DNA of 64,000 bases from Cyanophora paradoxa CCMP329. Its lineage: Eukaryota > Plantae > Glaucophyta. Shown piece by piece: positions 43,649-56,146 of this stretch. Below the pieces are notes generated by a model. The model searched no databases and had not been told where the DNA came from. It worked only from the letters and a program-made list of their open reading frames with translations. The position numbers and the translations under genes were made by a program. The stretch spans positions 1-64,000 of the forward strand of contig QPMI01000567.1 in the NCBI GenBank assembly GCA_004431415.1, in the 5' to 3' direction. Numbering within the stretch: the first letter of the stretch is position 1; each line of letters begins with the position of its first letter.

Positions 43649-44737
43649 TAGCAGAACTTCGGAAGCCAACTTAAGCTTGAAGGCCGGGCCTCCTCCGAGT
43701 CAGAGGCTCCGACTACCGTGTATTCGGCGTGTAATACTTAATTAGTGCGCCACAAATCACTGCCGCAGTGCGCCACTCACGCGGCCGAGTCACTGAGTCC
43801 GCGGCGCGGCGGCGCCGCCGCGCCGGCCGTCCGCCGACTCGGCGCCCAGTCGGACGCGGTCGATCGGCGGACTCGGCGGCGGATCCCGGACTCCTGGACC
43901 CGGAGTCGGCGCCGACGTCGACTCGCGAGTCGCGATCGCCGCCGAGTCGGCGGCGAGACCGTGAGACTCTGATCATGCATGATGAGAGTCCGGGGCCTCC
44001 GGGATCCGGGCGGCTGTCCGGCGCCGCCGCGCCGATGATCGCGATCTCAGCCGATTCTCAGGATCTCGGCCCGGGGCCCGGGGCCGGGGCGGCGGGGCCG
44101 GGCCGGCGACCGCGGCCCGTCCGAGCCGACTCCGAGGGCCCGTCCGGCGTCCGGTCGCCCGCCGAATCCGATGATCGCGATCGGCGCCGATGAAAATTAA
44201 TTAAACTCGGCGTCCCGGCCCGGGTCCCGCCGCCGGCGCCGGGCTGCCGGGCCGATCCGGATCGACTTCCGGATTCCGGATCGGACTCCGGGATCCGGTC
44301 CATTCGAATTCGAATTCGGAGTCCGGACTCCGGACCCGGGACTCCGGGACCGTCGGACTCGCGATCGGCCCGGATCGGGGATCGAGGCCGCGGCCGGGCG
44401 GATCCTGAATCCTGATGATGTCATCATGATCATCGATATCATGATCATGGCATGAATTCTTTTTTATGTGAATAAATGTGCGTATAAAAACCGTATATAC
44501 GTGCGTATATATATACACGCGTACGCATATATGGCAATATATGCCTTTCCGAGTTTCCCTTAAGCGCCGGCCGGGCTTGCTCGACGGCCGCATCGATATT
44601 GTCGGCGAATATAAATATATATTATAATTTGTCGCCGTCGGCGCCACGGTAGTAATCGGTACTGTACCAGCCTGACAGTGTACCCGGGTGATGCGGCACA
44701 TGATCGTCGCTAGCTTCGCTCCGTTCCGAACTAAGTA

Positions 44738-47700
44738 CTGTAGGAATGCTTTTTTAGCCGATGTTTTAAATTGCCGTATTATTTCTACATGCATCATTGA
44801 AGTTGTCCTTCTAACCCAGGGCATGCGCAGAGCCGGCTCTGCCTTCGCGTACGCGTGCGCCCTCGGGCGCGTCGCCGTGACGCGACGACGGTAATGGTGG
44901 CCACTCCGCCCCGGATGCCCCGTGCGCCATCCCTTCCCCCGCGCCGGGCCCCGCGGCGCTCCTCTGAGGCGGCGGGACAGGCCGCGGGCGGCTGTGGTGA
45001 GCGGGCAGGCCCTCGCGGCCTCCGCCCAGCAGATCATCGCCGCCTCCGCCTCGGGCGTCGGCGTGTGCGCGCCGGCCCCCGCCCCGGCCTCCCGCCCCCG
45101 GCGCTTGCTGAGAAACAAGCCGCAAGCCGGCGGGGCGCGGGGCGCTGCGGCTCATGGAGGTGGCGGCGCTCGTCCTCGCCGCCGCCCTCAAGGCCGGCAA
45201 CGAGCGCCTGTGCGCCGGCCGCCCCGCCCCGCCCCCGCCCCGCCCCGCCGCCTCGCCCTGAGGGGCGCGGGGTGCCCAGCAGCCTGACGATGGCGGCGGA
45301 CAAGTACGCGAGGCTCTTTGCGCACGCCGACGCCCCGCGGCCCTCGCCCTGCAGCTCCTCCACCGCCACCGCGTCGACCCCCCGCTCCTCGCCGCCCCCA
45401 TCGCCCACCCCGCCCGCTTCTCCTCGTCGCCCTCCTCGGCCTGCCCCGCCCCGCCCGCTCGTCCCTCGCAGGGCCTGACGGGGCGGGGCGGGGGCAGATC
45501 CCGGGGCGGCCTCCTTCACGCCCCTCTTCCGGGCGCACGCGGCCGGCGCCTGAGACCGCGCCATCGCCATGCAGGCGCCCGGACCCTCCCGCCCCGCCCC
45601 GCCCCGCCCGCCCCGCCCCGCGCCCTCTGACGGAGCCGCAGGGCGCGCCCCCGCCGCCCCTCCCTGCCCTCGTACACATCCCCGAACTCCTCTTCTCCCT
45701 CGTCTCCAGTGCGCCGTACCCCTCCCGAACCCGGCGCGGCGCCTCGTACCCCGCCCCGACGCCGGCGCCGCTCCGGCAGACGTCGACGCGCCGCTGGTGG
45801 CCGGCTCGGCGACCTCTTCCACGAGCTCCCAGCCACGCCAGCGAGCTCCCCAGCCACGCCAGCAGGCCCGTACCCCCCCCAACTAGACTCGGCGTACCCC
45901 CTCAACCCCGGGCGCGCAGGGCGATGTACAGGGCGCTGCTGGAGGTGCTGGGGGCCCGGTACCCCCAGGACATCGGTCAGGCCTGCCTGGCCGCCGCCGT
46001 CGTCCTCCCCGAGCCCCCATGGGCGCCCCCGCCGGCGCGCCGCTGGCGCGCTGCAGCACCGCCGGCCGGCGCCGCCGGGCTGCACGGGCGCCGCCACGGG
46101 CCCGCCGGCGCCTCCCAGCAAACACGCTGCTCAACCGTCCGTGCGAGCTTTCTTCGCCCCGCCCCTCCCCCCTCCCCCCTAGCTTGCTTCGTCCGCCGTT
46201 TTTTGGAGCGGATCCAACGCTGCCGTTTTTTCGCCCCTCCCCCCCCCTCCCCCTCTGCCGTTTTTTGGAGCGGAACCAACGCTGACGCTGGCCGTGCAGC
46301 ACGCATCCGCCGGCAAAGAGCTCTGACTGACTGAATTCGACTGGCGGTGCAGTGGGTTAGACGTTGCTGTAGCTGCAGCAACGGCGGCCGGGGAGGCTGA
46401 TCGCGGTGCCGTCCTGCCCCGCCCACCCGAGCATGCGCAGCGGCTTCTGACGGTGCCGCGCCTCTTGGGCCAGGAAGCTGGCGGAAGCCCGGAGCCAGTG
46501 ACCATCGCTGTTCCAGCCTGGCTAGCGGATCACACGTACGCCCGTACCCTTCCGCGGCATCAATATATAACCCCTCCCCGCTCATTCGCTCCGCACTACA
46601 GGCAGGAAGCAGCGAAGCAGAGAGCAGCGCGCGCCCGAGTTCTTCTGCAGCGACGTCGACCGGCCGAGAGGAAGTCAATTTGATCCGTCATATAGGGGCA
46701 GGAAAGCATGTAGAAAGCGTTTCAGGAAGCATTTTTAGATCAGTGTAGATGCGCTACAATGTCTGAGCAGCGTTTGGTAGTCGGCAACCCGAGAAATTCG
46801 GTCTGCCAGCTGCCATACAAACCCAACCACTGGTGGTTGGGAATGTATGGCAGTTGGCAAGCGAGGGGTACGGGGAAATCCGTGCAAATCGGGCGAGAAT
46901 TGTGTTAATTTACGACAAAATTACGACATAAAATAGACCGAATTACCTAATTTTGGGGGGAAGAAACACGAAAATTGCGCTATTTTATCGAAATTCCGGC
47001 TCCCACCCCCGATCAAAATCCCCACCGTGTGGCACCAAATTAAAATATTGAGCACGAAATTGGCCACTTCCTAGCGCAAGCTCTAGGTCGCCGGGCCGGC
47101 GCTCCTCGCCCAGGCGCGTACAGACTCCGCGCATGTTCCAACGCCTTCATAGACATATATATAAGATAGAGCACCCCTGTGAAACTTCAGAATCCGGGTT
47201 CTCAATAGTAGGCGGGCCTTAGCGCGAAATTGCCTAGGGGCGGCATCGAACCCGGGTTGTTCCATTCCAACAGAATTCTTGAAGTTCGGGTACCTTTAGC
47301 TGGACTTAACAATAGGAAGCTAGCGACTCCGTGACGGGCCGGAGGTTCCTAGCGAGCTTAGCTGGGTTTATGAGAAGGCTCTATTTCTACATGCATCATT
47401 GAAGTTGTCCTTCTAACCCAGGGCATGCGCAGAGCCGGCTCTGCCTTCGCGTACGCGTGCGCCCTCGGGCGCGTCGCCGTGACGCGACGACGGTAATGGT
47501 GGCCACTCCGCCCCGGATGCCCCGTGCGCCATCCCTTCCCCGCGCCGGGCCCCGCGGCGCTCCTCTGAGGCGGCGGGACAGGCCGCGGGCGGCTGTGGTG
47601 AGCGGGCAGGCCCTCGCGGCCTCCGCCCAGCAGATCATCGCCGCCTCCGCCTCGGGCGTCGGCGTGTGCGCGCCGGCCCCGCCCCGGCCTCCCGCCCCCG

Positions 47701-50700
47701 GCGCTTGCTGAGAAACAAGCCGCAAGCCGGCGGGGCGCGGGGCGCTGCGGCTCATGGAGGTGGCGGCGCTCGTCCTCGCCGCCGCCCTCAAGGCGGCAAC
47801 GAGCGCCTGTGCGCCGGCCGCCCGCCCCCGCCCCCGCCCCCGCCCCCGCCGCCTCGCCCTGAGGGGCGCGGGGTGCCCAGCAGCCTGACGATGGCGGCGG
47901 ACAAGTACGCGAGGCTCTTTGCGCACGCCGACGCCCCCGCGGCCCTCGCCCTGCAGCTCCTCCACCGCCACCGCGTCGACCCCCCGCTCCTCGCCGCCCC
48001 CATCGCCCACCCCGCCCGCTTCTCCCTCGTCGCCCTCCTCGGCCTGCCCCGCCCCGCCCGCTCGTCCCTCGCAGGGCCTGACGGGGCGGGGCGGGGGCAG
48101 ATCCCGGGGCGGCCTCCTTCACGCCCCTCTTCCGGGCGCACGCGGCCGGCGCCTGAGACCGCGCCATCGCCATGCAGGCGCCCGGACCCCTCCCGCCCCG
48201 CCCCGCCCCGCCCCGCCCCGCCCGCGCCCTCTGACGGAGCCGCAGGGCGCGCCCCCGCCGCCCCTCCCTGCCCTCGTACACATCCCCGAACTCCTCTTCT
48301 CCTCGTCTCCAGTGCGCCGTACCCCTCCCGAACCCGGCGCGGCGCCTCGTACCCCGCCCCGACGCCGGCGCCGCTCCGGCAGACGTCGACGCGCCGCTGG
48401 TGGCCGGCTCGGCGACCTCTTCCACGAGCTCCCCAGCCACGCCAGCGAGCTCCCCAGCCACGCCAGCAGGCCCGTACCCCCCCCCCAACTAGACTCGGCG
48501 TACCCCCCTCAACCCCGGGCGCGCAGGGCGATGTACAGGGCGCTGCTGGAGGTGCTGGGGGCCCCGGTACCCCCAGGACATCGGTCAGGCCTGCCTGGCC
48601 GCCGCCGTCGTCCTCCCCGAGCCCCCATGGGCGCCCCCGCCGGCGCGCCGCTGGCGCGCTGCAGCGCCGCCGGCCGGCGCCGCCGGGCTGCACGGGCGCC
48701 GCCACGGGCCCGCCGGCGCCTCCCAGCAAACACGCTGCTCAACCGTCCGTGCGAGCTTTCTTCGCCCCGCCCTCCCCCCTCCCCCCTAGCTTGCTTCGTC
48801 CGCCGTTTTTTGGAGCGGATCCAACGCTGCCGTTTTTTCGCCCCTCCCCCCCCTCCCCTCTGCCGTTTTTTGGAGCGGAACCAACGCTGACGCTGGCCGT
48901 GCAGCACGCATCCGCCGGCAAAGAGCTCTGACTGACTGAATTCGACTGGCGGTGCAGTGGGTTAGACGTTGCTGTAGCTGCAGCAACGGCGGCCGGGGAG
49001 GCTGATCGCGGTGCCGTCCCTGCCCCGCCCACCCGAGCATGCGCAGCGGCTTCTGACGGTGCCGCGCCTCTTGGGCCAGGAAGCTGGCGGAAGCCCGGAG
49101 CCAGTGACCATCGCTGTTCCAGCCTGGCTAGCGGATCACACGTACGCCCGTACCCCTTCCGCGGCATCAATATATAACCCCTCCCCGCTCATTCGCTCCG
49201 CACTACAGGCAGGAAGCAGCGAAGCAGAGAGCAGCGCGCGCCCGAGTTCTTCTGCAGCGACGTCGACCGGCCGAGAGGAAGTCAATTTGATCCGTCATAT
49301 AGGGGCAGGAAAGCATGTAGAAAGCGTTTCAGGAAGCATTTTTAGATCAGTGTAGATGCGCTACAATGTCTGAGCAGCGTTTGGTAGTCGGCAACCCGAG
49401 AAATTCGGTCTGCCAGCTGCCATACAAACCCAACCACTGGTGGTTGGGAATGTATGGCAGTTGGCAAGCGAGGGGTACGGGGAAATCCGTGCAAATCGGG
49501 CGAGAATTGTGTTAATTTACGACAAAATTACGACATAAAATAGACCGAATTACCTAATTTTGGGGGGAAGAAACACGAAAATTGCGCTATTTTATCGAAA
49601 TTCCGGCTCCCACCCCCCGATCAAAATCCCCACCGTGTGGCACCAAATTAAAATATTGAGCACGAAATTGGCCACTTCCTAGCGCAAGCTCTAGGTCGCC
49701 GGGCCGGCGCTCCTCGCCCAGGGCGCGTACAGACTCCGCGCATGTTCCAACGCCTTCATAGACATATATATAAGATAGAGCACCCCTGTGAAACTTCAGA
49801 ATCCGGGTTCTCAATAGTAGGCGGGCCTTAGCGCGAAATTGCCTAGGGGCGGCATCGAACCCGGGTTGTTCCATTCCAACAGAATTCTTGAAGTTCGGGT
49901 ACCTTTAGCTGGACTTAACAATAGGAAGCTAGCGACTCCGTGACGGGCCGGAGGTTCCTAGCGAGCTTAGCTGGGTTTATGAGAAGGCTCTATTTCTACA
50001 TGCATCATTGAAGTTGTCCTTCTAACCCAGGGCATGCGCAGAGCCGGCTCTGCCTTCGCGTACGCGTGCGCCCTCGGGCGCGTCGCCGTGACGCGACGAC
50101 GGTAATGGTGGCCACTCCGCCCCGGATGCCCCGTGCGCCATCCCTTCCCCCGCGCCGGGCCCCGCGGCGCTCCTCTGAGGCGGCGGGACAGGCCGCGGGC
50201 GGCTGTGGTGAGCGGGCAGGCCCTCGCGGCCTCCGCCCAGCAGATCATCGCCGCCTCCGCCTCGGGCGTCGGCGTGTGCGCGCCGGCCCCCGCCCCGGCC
50301 TCCCGCCCCCCGGCGCTTGCTGAGAAACAAGCCGCAAGCCGGCGGGGCGCGGGGCGCTGCGGCTCATGGAGGTGGCGGCGCTCGTCCTCGCCGCCGCCCT
50401 CAAGGCCGGCAACGAGCGCCTGTGCGCCGGCCGCCCCGCCCCCGCCCCGCCCCCGCCCCGCCGCCTCGCCCTGAGGGGCGCGGGGTGCCCAGCAGCCTGA
50501 CGATGGCGGCGGACAAGTACGCGAGGCTCTTTGCGCACGCCGACGCCCCCGCGGCCCTCGCCCTGCAGCTCCTCCACCGCCACCGCGTCGACCCCCGCTC
50601 CTCGCCGCCCCATCGCCCACCCCGCCCGCTTCTCCCTCGTCGCCCTCCTCGGCCTGCCCCGCCCCGCCCGCTCGTCCCTCGCAGGGCCTGACGGGGCGGG

Positions 50701-52776
50701 CGGGGGCAGATCCCGGGCGGCCTCCTTCACGCCCCTCTTCCGGGCGCACGCGGCCGGCGCCTGAGACCGCGCCATCGCCATGCAGGCGCCCGGACCCCTC
50801 CCGCCCCGCCCGCCCCGCCCCGCCCCGCCCGCGCCCTCTGACGGAGCCGCAGGGCGCGCCCCGCCGCCCCTCCCTGCCCTCGTACACATCCCCGAACTCC
50901 TCTTCTCCCTCGTCTCCAGTGCGCCGTACCCCTCCCGAACCCGGCGCGGCGCCTCGTACCCCGCCCGACGCCGGCGCCGCTCCGGCAGACGTCGACGCGC
51001 CGCTGGTGGCCGGCTCGGCGACCTCTTCCACGAGCTCCCCAGCCACGCCAGCGAGCTCCCCAGCCACGCCAGCAGGCCCGTACCCCCCCCCAACTAGACT
51101 CGGCGTACCCCCCTCAACCCGGGCGCGCAGGGCGATGTACAGGGCGCTGCTGGAGGTGCTGGGGGCCCCGGTACCCCCAGGACATCGGTCAGGCCTGCCT
51201 GGCCGCCGCCGTCGTCCTCCCCGAGCCCCCATGGGCGCCCCGCCGGCGCGCCGCTGGCGCGCTGCAGCGCCGCCGGCCGGCGCCGCCGGGCTGCACGGGC
51301 GCCGCCACGGGCCCGCCGGCGCCTCCCAGCAAACACGCTGCTCAACCGTCCGTGCGAGCTTTCTTCGCCCCGCCCTCCCCCCTCCCCCCTAGCTTGCTTC
51401 GTCCGCCGTTTTTTGGAGCGGATCCAACGCTGCCGTTTTTTCGCCCCTCCCCCCCCTCCCCCTCTGCCGTTTTTTGGAGCGGAACCAACGCTGACGCTGG
51501 CCGTGCAGCACGCATCCGCCGGCAAAGAGCTCTGACTGACTGAATTCGACTGGCGGTGCAGTGGGTTAGACGTTGCTGTAGCTGCAGCAACGGCGGCCGG
51601 GAGGCTGATCGCGGTGCCGTCCCTGCCCCGCCCACCCGAGCATGCGCAGCGGCTTCTGACGGTGCCGCGCCTCTTGGGCCAGGAAGCTGGCGGAAGCCCG
51701 GAGCCAGTGACCATCGCTGTTCCAGCCTGGCTAGCGGATCACACGTACGCCCGTACCCCTTCCGCGGCATCAATATATAACCCCTCCCCGCTCATTCGCT
51801 CCGCACTACAGGCAGGAAGCAGCGAAGCAGAGAGCAGCGCGCGCCCGAGTTCTTCTGCAGCGACGTCGACCGGCCGAGAGGAAGTCAATTTGATCCGTCA
51901 TATAGGGGCAGGAAAGCATGTAGAAAGCGTTTCAGGAAGCATTTTTAGATCAGTGTAGATGCGCTACAATGTCTGAGCAGCGTTTGGTAGTCGGCAACCC
52001 GAGAAATTCGGTCTGCCAGCTGCCATACAAACCCAACCACTGGTGGTTGGGAATGTATGGCAGTTGGCAAGCGAGGGGTACGGGGAAATCCGTGCAAATC
52101 GGGCGAGAATTGTGTTAATTTACGACAAAATTACGACATAAAATAGACCGAATTACCTAATTTTGGGGGGAAGAAACACGAAAATTGCGCTATTTTATCG
52201 AAATTCCGGCTCCCACCCCCCGATCAAAATCCCCACCGTGTGGCACCAAATTAAAATATTGAGCACGAAATTGGCCACTTCCTAGCGCAAGCTCTAGGTC
52301 GCCGGGCCGGCGCTCCTCGCCCAGGGCGCGTACAGACTCCGCGCATGTTCCAACGCCTTCATAGACATATATATAAGATAGAGCACCCCTGTGAAACTTC
52401 AGAATCCGGGTTCTCAATAGTAGGCGGGCCTTAGCGCGAAATTGCCTAGGGGCGGCATCGAACCCGGGTTGTTCCATTCCAACAGAATTCTTGAAGTTCG
52501 GGTACCTTTAGCTGGACTTAACAATAGGAAGCTAGCGACTCCGTGACGGGCCGGAGGTTCCTAGCGAGCTTAGCTGGGTTTATGAGAAGGCTCATTGCCG
52601 AGAGGCCGAATTCGGCAATTTAGAGCCGCGGCAATTCTCAGGGGGTAGGGCTAAAAGGCCGCTTTTGTATGGCGCCATCGAAGAAATCCAGAATATCGGC
52701 AATTTATCGCCACGGCAATTCTGGTTTTGGTCGAAATCGGCAATTTAACTACGCGGCAATTTAAGCATTCCTACAG
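44738..52776. mobile_element. MITE (~225 bp when empty; 14-bp TIR CTGTAGGAATGCTT, TA flanks) split by array 2
   Basis: TA|CTGTAGGAATGCTT at 44736-44751 and AAGCATTCCTACAG|TA at 52763-52778. Both halves carry AATTGCCG/CGGCAATT subterminal motifs. Confidence 0.8.
44780..52593. mobile_element. Array 2: exactly three head-to-tail 2.6-kb units (44780-47381, 47382-49990, 49991-52593); putative non-autonomous element
   Basis: Begins precisely at TATTTCTACATG and ends precisely at GAGAAGGCTC. The flanks rejoin to ttgccgtat|attg, the sequence seen at 22924-22936. Confidence 0.8.
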
Positions 52777-52955
52777 TAGTTCGACTCCTAGCGAATTACT
52801 AGGAGCACCATCGTATATACGTAGAGGTTTGCTTGAAGGCCCGGCCACAGGGCCACAGCTGCAGGCTGCAGCCTGCAGCTCGCGGCAGGCGCCGGCAGCT
52901 GCAGCCTCGCGCGCGTATATACAGTAAATTAAAGTTGACTCATCGATCAGTGAAG

Positions 52956-52988
52956 TTATTATTATTATTATTATTATTATTATATTAT
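52956..52988. repeat. (TTA)n microsatellite
   Basis: ttattattattattattattattattatatta. Confidence 0.9.
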
Positions 52989-53413
52989 AAACCGATCAGT
53001 GGAGTCCGTGAGCTCCCAGGCGGGCCAAGCGGCCTCCGCCCGGGCGACCTCGACGACCTAGCTCGCCCTCCCGGTGCGCCCCCCCCCCGCGGCGGCGGCG
53101 CGGCCCGCCCCCGCGCGTAACAGTCCGGCGCCCGGGGAAAAAAGCGCGGCGGGCGGGATGCAGGGGCACCGTGGAGCATGATGCGAGTCCTGCCGCCGTC
53201 GCGGCGCGGCGACTCCCAGATGTCGCCGACCATCTTCTCGAGCACGTCCTTGCGCTCGGGGCCGGAGGAGACGACGTGGTGGTCGACGAACCGCTTGTTC
53301 TGGGGCGGCTTGCGCTTCTCCTGCAGCTGCGTCACCTCCAGCCCCGTCGCTTCCGCCCACGCCTGGAACTGCTCCAGAGTCACGTTCGGAATCTGCGCGA
53401 CCTGCGGACGCAC
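52985..53413 (-). CDS. Probable exon of an unidentified host gene next to the LTR insertion
   Basis: Protein-like, GC3-rich frame QVAQIPNVTLEQFQAWAEATGLEVTQLQEKRKPPQNKRFVDHH, preceded on the minus strand by ctgac…cgcag (branch point and acceptor). Confidence 0.5.
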   Translation of the reverse strand: MRPQVAQIPNVTLEQFQAWAEATGLEVTQLQEKRKPPQNKRFVDHHVVSSGPERKDVLEKMVGDIWESPRRDGGRTRIMLHGAPASRPPRFFPRAPDCYARGRAAPPPRGGGAPGGRARSSRSPGRRPLGPPGSSRTPLIGL

Positions 53414-53633
53414 GTCAGCGGGCGCAGCGCGCGCGGGCGTGACGAGGCGAGCGGACCTGGAGACCGCTCATCGCGTTCACGCGGACGACCCGGTTGCGCA
53501 GCAGCTTCGCCATGCACTCCGAGAGGCGGACGTCGCTCGGTGTCGGATGAGAGGATTCCCACCCGGTGCAGCGTCCGTGCGGTCACGCACGGGCTGGGGC
53601 TGTAGCTGGGAGCACAAGTGGTCTATTCACAAG

Positions 53634-54291
53634 TGTACCCGTCCAGGGATCGCGTACCCCCAAACGGAGTCGCGCCCGGCGCTAAGTCAGAATACAGAGA
53701 GTGCTAGAGCTAGCTGCTCGATAGCACTAGACTAGGGCTAGCGGCTACGCATAGACTGCCGGCTAGCCTAATCCGAGGGAATCGCGGCACGCGACAACTC
53801 CTCACTCTGCATACGGTGCGTCCTCGCACCGGACCGCGCCAAGCCGAACGTCGAGTCTGCATGCTCGACGGGGCGTCCACCCCACCGCCGGGGTGTGCAC
53901 CAACCACGGCAGCGACAGGGCGGCGGCGAGTGAACTCCTCTCGAAGTAGAATGTCCGTCGTCAGCAACCAGATATGCCAGGTAGCATAGCTCGCGACCGA
54001 AATAGGAGCCGATACCAGCATAGTGCATGTACCTAGGCAACCCCAGGCCAAGCTCGAAAGATGGAAAAGCATAGAACTCGAAACCCCCAAAAGCTGGCCC
54101 AAACTCGCTCCAACGGCGAGAGCCGAAGGAGAGTGGCACGGATGGGAAGTTTCACCGCCTCGGGAAGAAACCAGCGAGGAGGTATCCGGGCCGCCCATCA
54201 GGCCCAACGAAAGGATAGGGCACGACTGAGTGCACCCCCAGCCAGCAACCTCGAGCCCCTCACGGACCCGCAGGCACCCGGGAGGCCTACA
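53634..54291 (-). repeat. Putative 3' LTR
   Basis: TGTA…TACA ends, with minus-strand purine-rich GGAGAGTGGCTGGG immediately upstream (PPT-like). The partner LTR is not in the window, so boundaries are unconfirmed. Confidence 0.4.
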
Positions 54292-54485
54292 CCCAGCCAC
54301 TCTCCACGAGCGACGGGCCCAGATCCCAGAAAATGGAACGAAAGGCCCAGATGGCGCCCCGTGATTGGCCACCAGCCAACCCACGTCCCACCTCGGAAGC
54401 CAGGGCTGAGGCAAAGCGGGCAAAGAAATCTGCCCCACGGCGCAAGCACAGCGATCGCAAAGGGAACAGCAATGGGACGAGCTTC

Positions 54486-56146
54486 TCACAGGTCGTCGAC
54501 CAAAATCGCGTCATCCATCCCAACCTCGTCGCCCTCGGCAGCCCGCTCGGGGCCCTCGGCGTCGACGTCAGGGGCGAGAGGTGGATTTTGTTCTTGAGCG
54601 GGCGAGTCCGCGAGTGCGGGGTCGATCGCCGGCTCGTCGGCGTTCACAGCAGTCTTCCGAGGCCGACCAACGCGGGGACGGGCTTGAGACTCGGAGAGAC
54701 GCGTGCGGAACGGAAGCATGCAGTCGATGTGGGCAACAGTCTCACGCAGAGGACGGGTACGGGCATCGTCCTTGGCGGAGTAGGGCTTAGCCGACCCCTT
54801 GACCGTGTAGGTGTAACCGCCAGGGTTAACACCAGTCACAGTGTAGGGCCCGACCCACGAATTGTACAGCCCTTTGTTGTGTTCGCCCATCCAGCACAAT
54901 ACCTTGTCGCCAACCTCAAAGCGGCGACGATGAGGCGGGTTGCCGGTGCGAGCAACCATGCGGTTCCGATAGAACCGACGGTACTCGCGCGAGGCAGCGT
55001 CGGCGCTCGCGGCAGCTCGCGTCATCGCGAGAAGGTAATCAGCCGGGTGCGTGTGGTCGGGGTTCACGAAGCGGACGCCGGCTCCGAAGCGCACTTCGCA
55101 GGGCAGGTGCACTTCAGAACCGCGGTGCAAGACCATCGGGAGAACCCGGTGGCGGAGTGCACGGTGGTCCGCAACGCGAGAACGATATCGGCGTTGTAAA
55201 GAGGCCAGTCAGAGAGCGGCCGCTTGTGCTCACGGCACATGGCGTAAGCGAGAGTCTTGTAGACTCCGCCCAGGCGCTCGGCGCCGCCGTTCGAGGCGTG
55301 GTGGTAGGCGGCCGCGTGCACGAACCGGGTACCCTTCTCCTTGAAGAACGCGTTCCACGCGCCCCCAACGAGTTGGGACCCGCGGTCCGTCAGGATGCGC
55401 GCGGGCACGCCCTCGTGCGTATAGAAGTCGATCGCGGTGGCGAGCAAGGCCTCGCCGGAGATACGGGAGAGCGGGTAGATATAGCAGAACTTGGTGTATG
55501 CGTCGACGTACGCGATGATGTATCGCGAACCGTCTTCGTGCATATCCAAGTGGAAGATATCCACCTGCCACAGGTCTCCCTTGCCCGAAGGCTGTATCAC
55601 CTGAATGGCGGTACGGCGGGGCTTCGCGGCCTTCGCGAACTGACAGTGCGGGCACGACCGCACAAAGCGAGCGATGGAGGCGTACATGCCAGGCCACCAG
55701 AACCGCAGGGCGATCCGACGGGCTATCACGGGCGCGCCTCGATGGGCCCAGCCCTCGTGATAGGCGTAGAGCACCCTGTCGATCCAAGCGTCCGGCAAGA
55801 CGGGTAGGAACCGGCCGGCAGGGACCAAGGGGTTGCGCTCGATGACGCCGTCGTCGGCCAGGCTGAACTCGCCGGCCAGGCGTGCAAAGCGCTCCTTGGC
55901 CCGCAGGCAGTGAGCGCAGCTGGGCGAGCAGGGATCTGCGTCGCGCCTCGAGCCGCGGGTACAGACAGTTGGATTCTCGCCCTCTGCGTGGAAGGCGAGA
56001 AGCTTCTTGCAGAAGGAATCCTCCTTCTGAGCGGCGAGCAGACGCTTGCGCTTCTCGGGCGGGAACATACGGCGCAGCGCGTCGGGGAGCGCCCCATCGA
56101 CGGCTGGCGAGGGTCCGCAGGCCCACGCGTCGAGGACGGTATCCAC
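54486..56146 (-). CDS. Gypsy integrase (HHCC zinc finger, DDE core, GPY motif)
   Basis: YHEGWAHRG…FWWPGMY…FVRSCPHCQ; WQVDIF; ILTDRGSQ; SNGGAER; WVGPYTV. Confidence 0.92.

Larger units (their letters stand above)
35394..44779 (+). repeat. 9.4-kb direct duplicate of 13528-22932 (virus right end, host gene and MITEs)
   Basis: Starts atggtgaccctgttgctaaatac (=13528) and ends aaattgccgtat (=22932). The differences seen are short deletions, mostly single bases in homopolymers. Confidence 0.97.
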
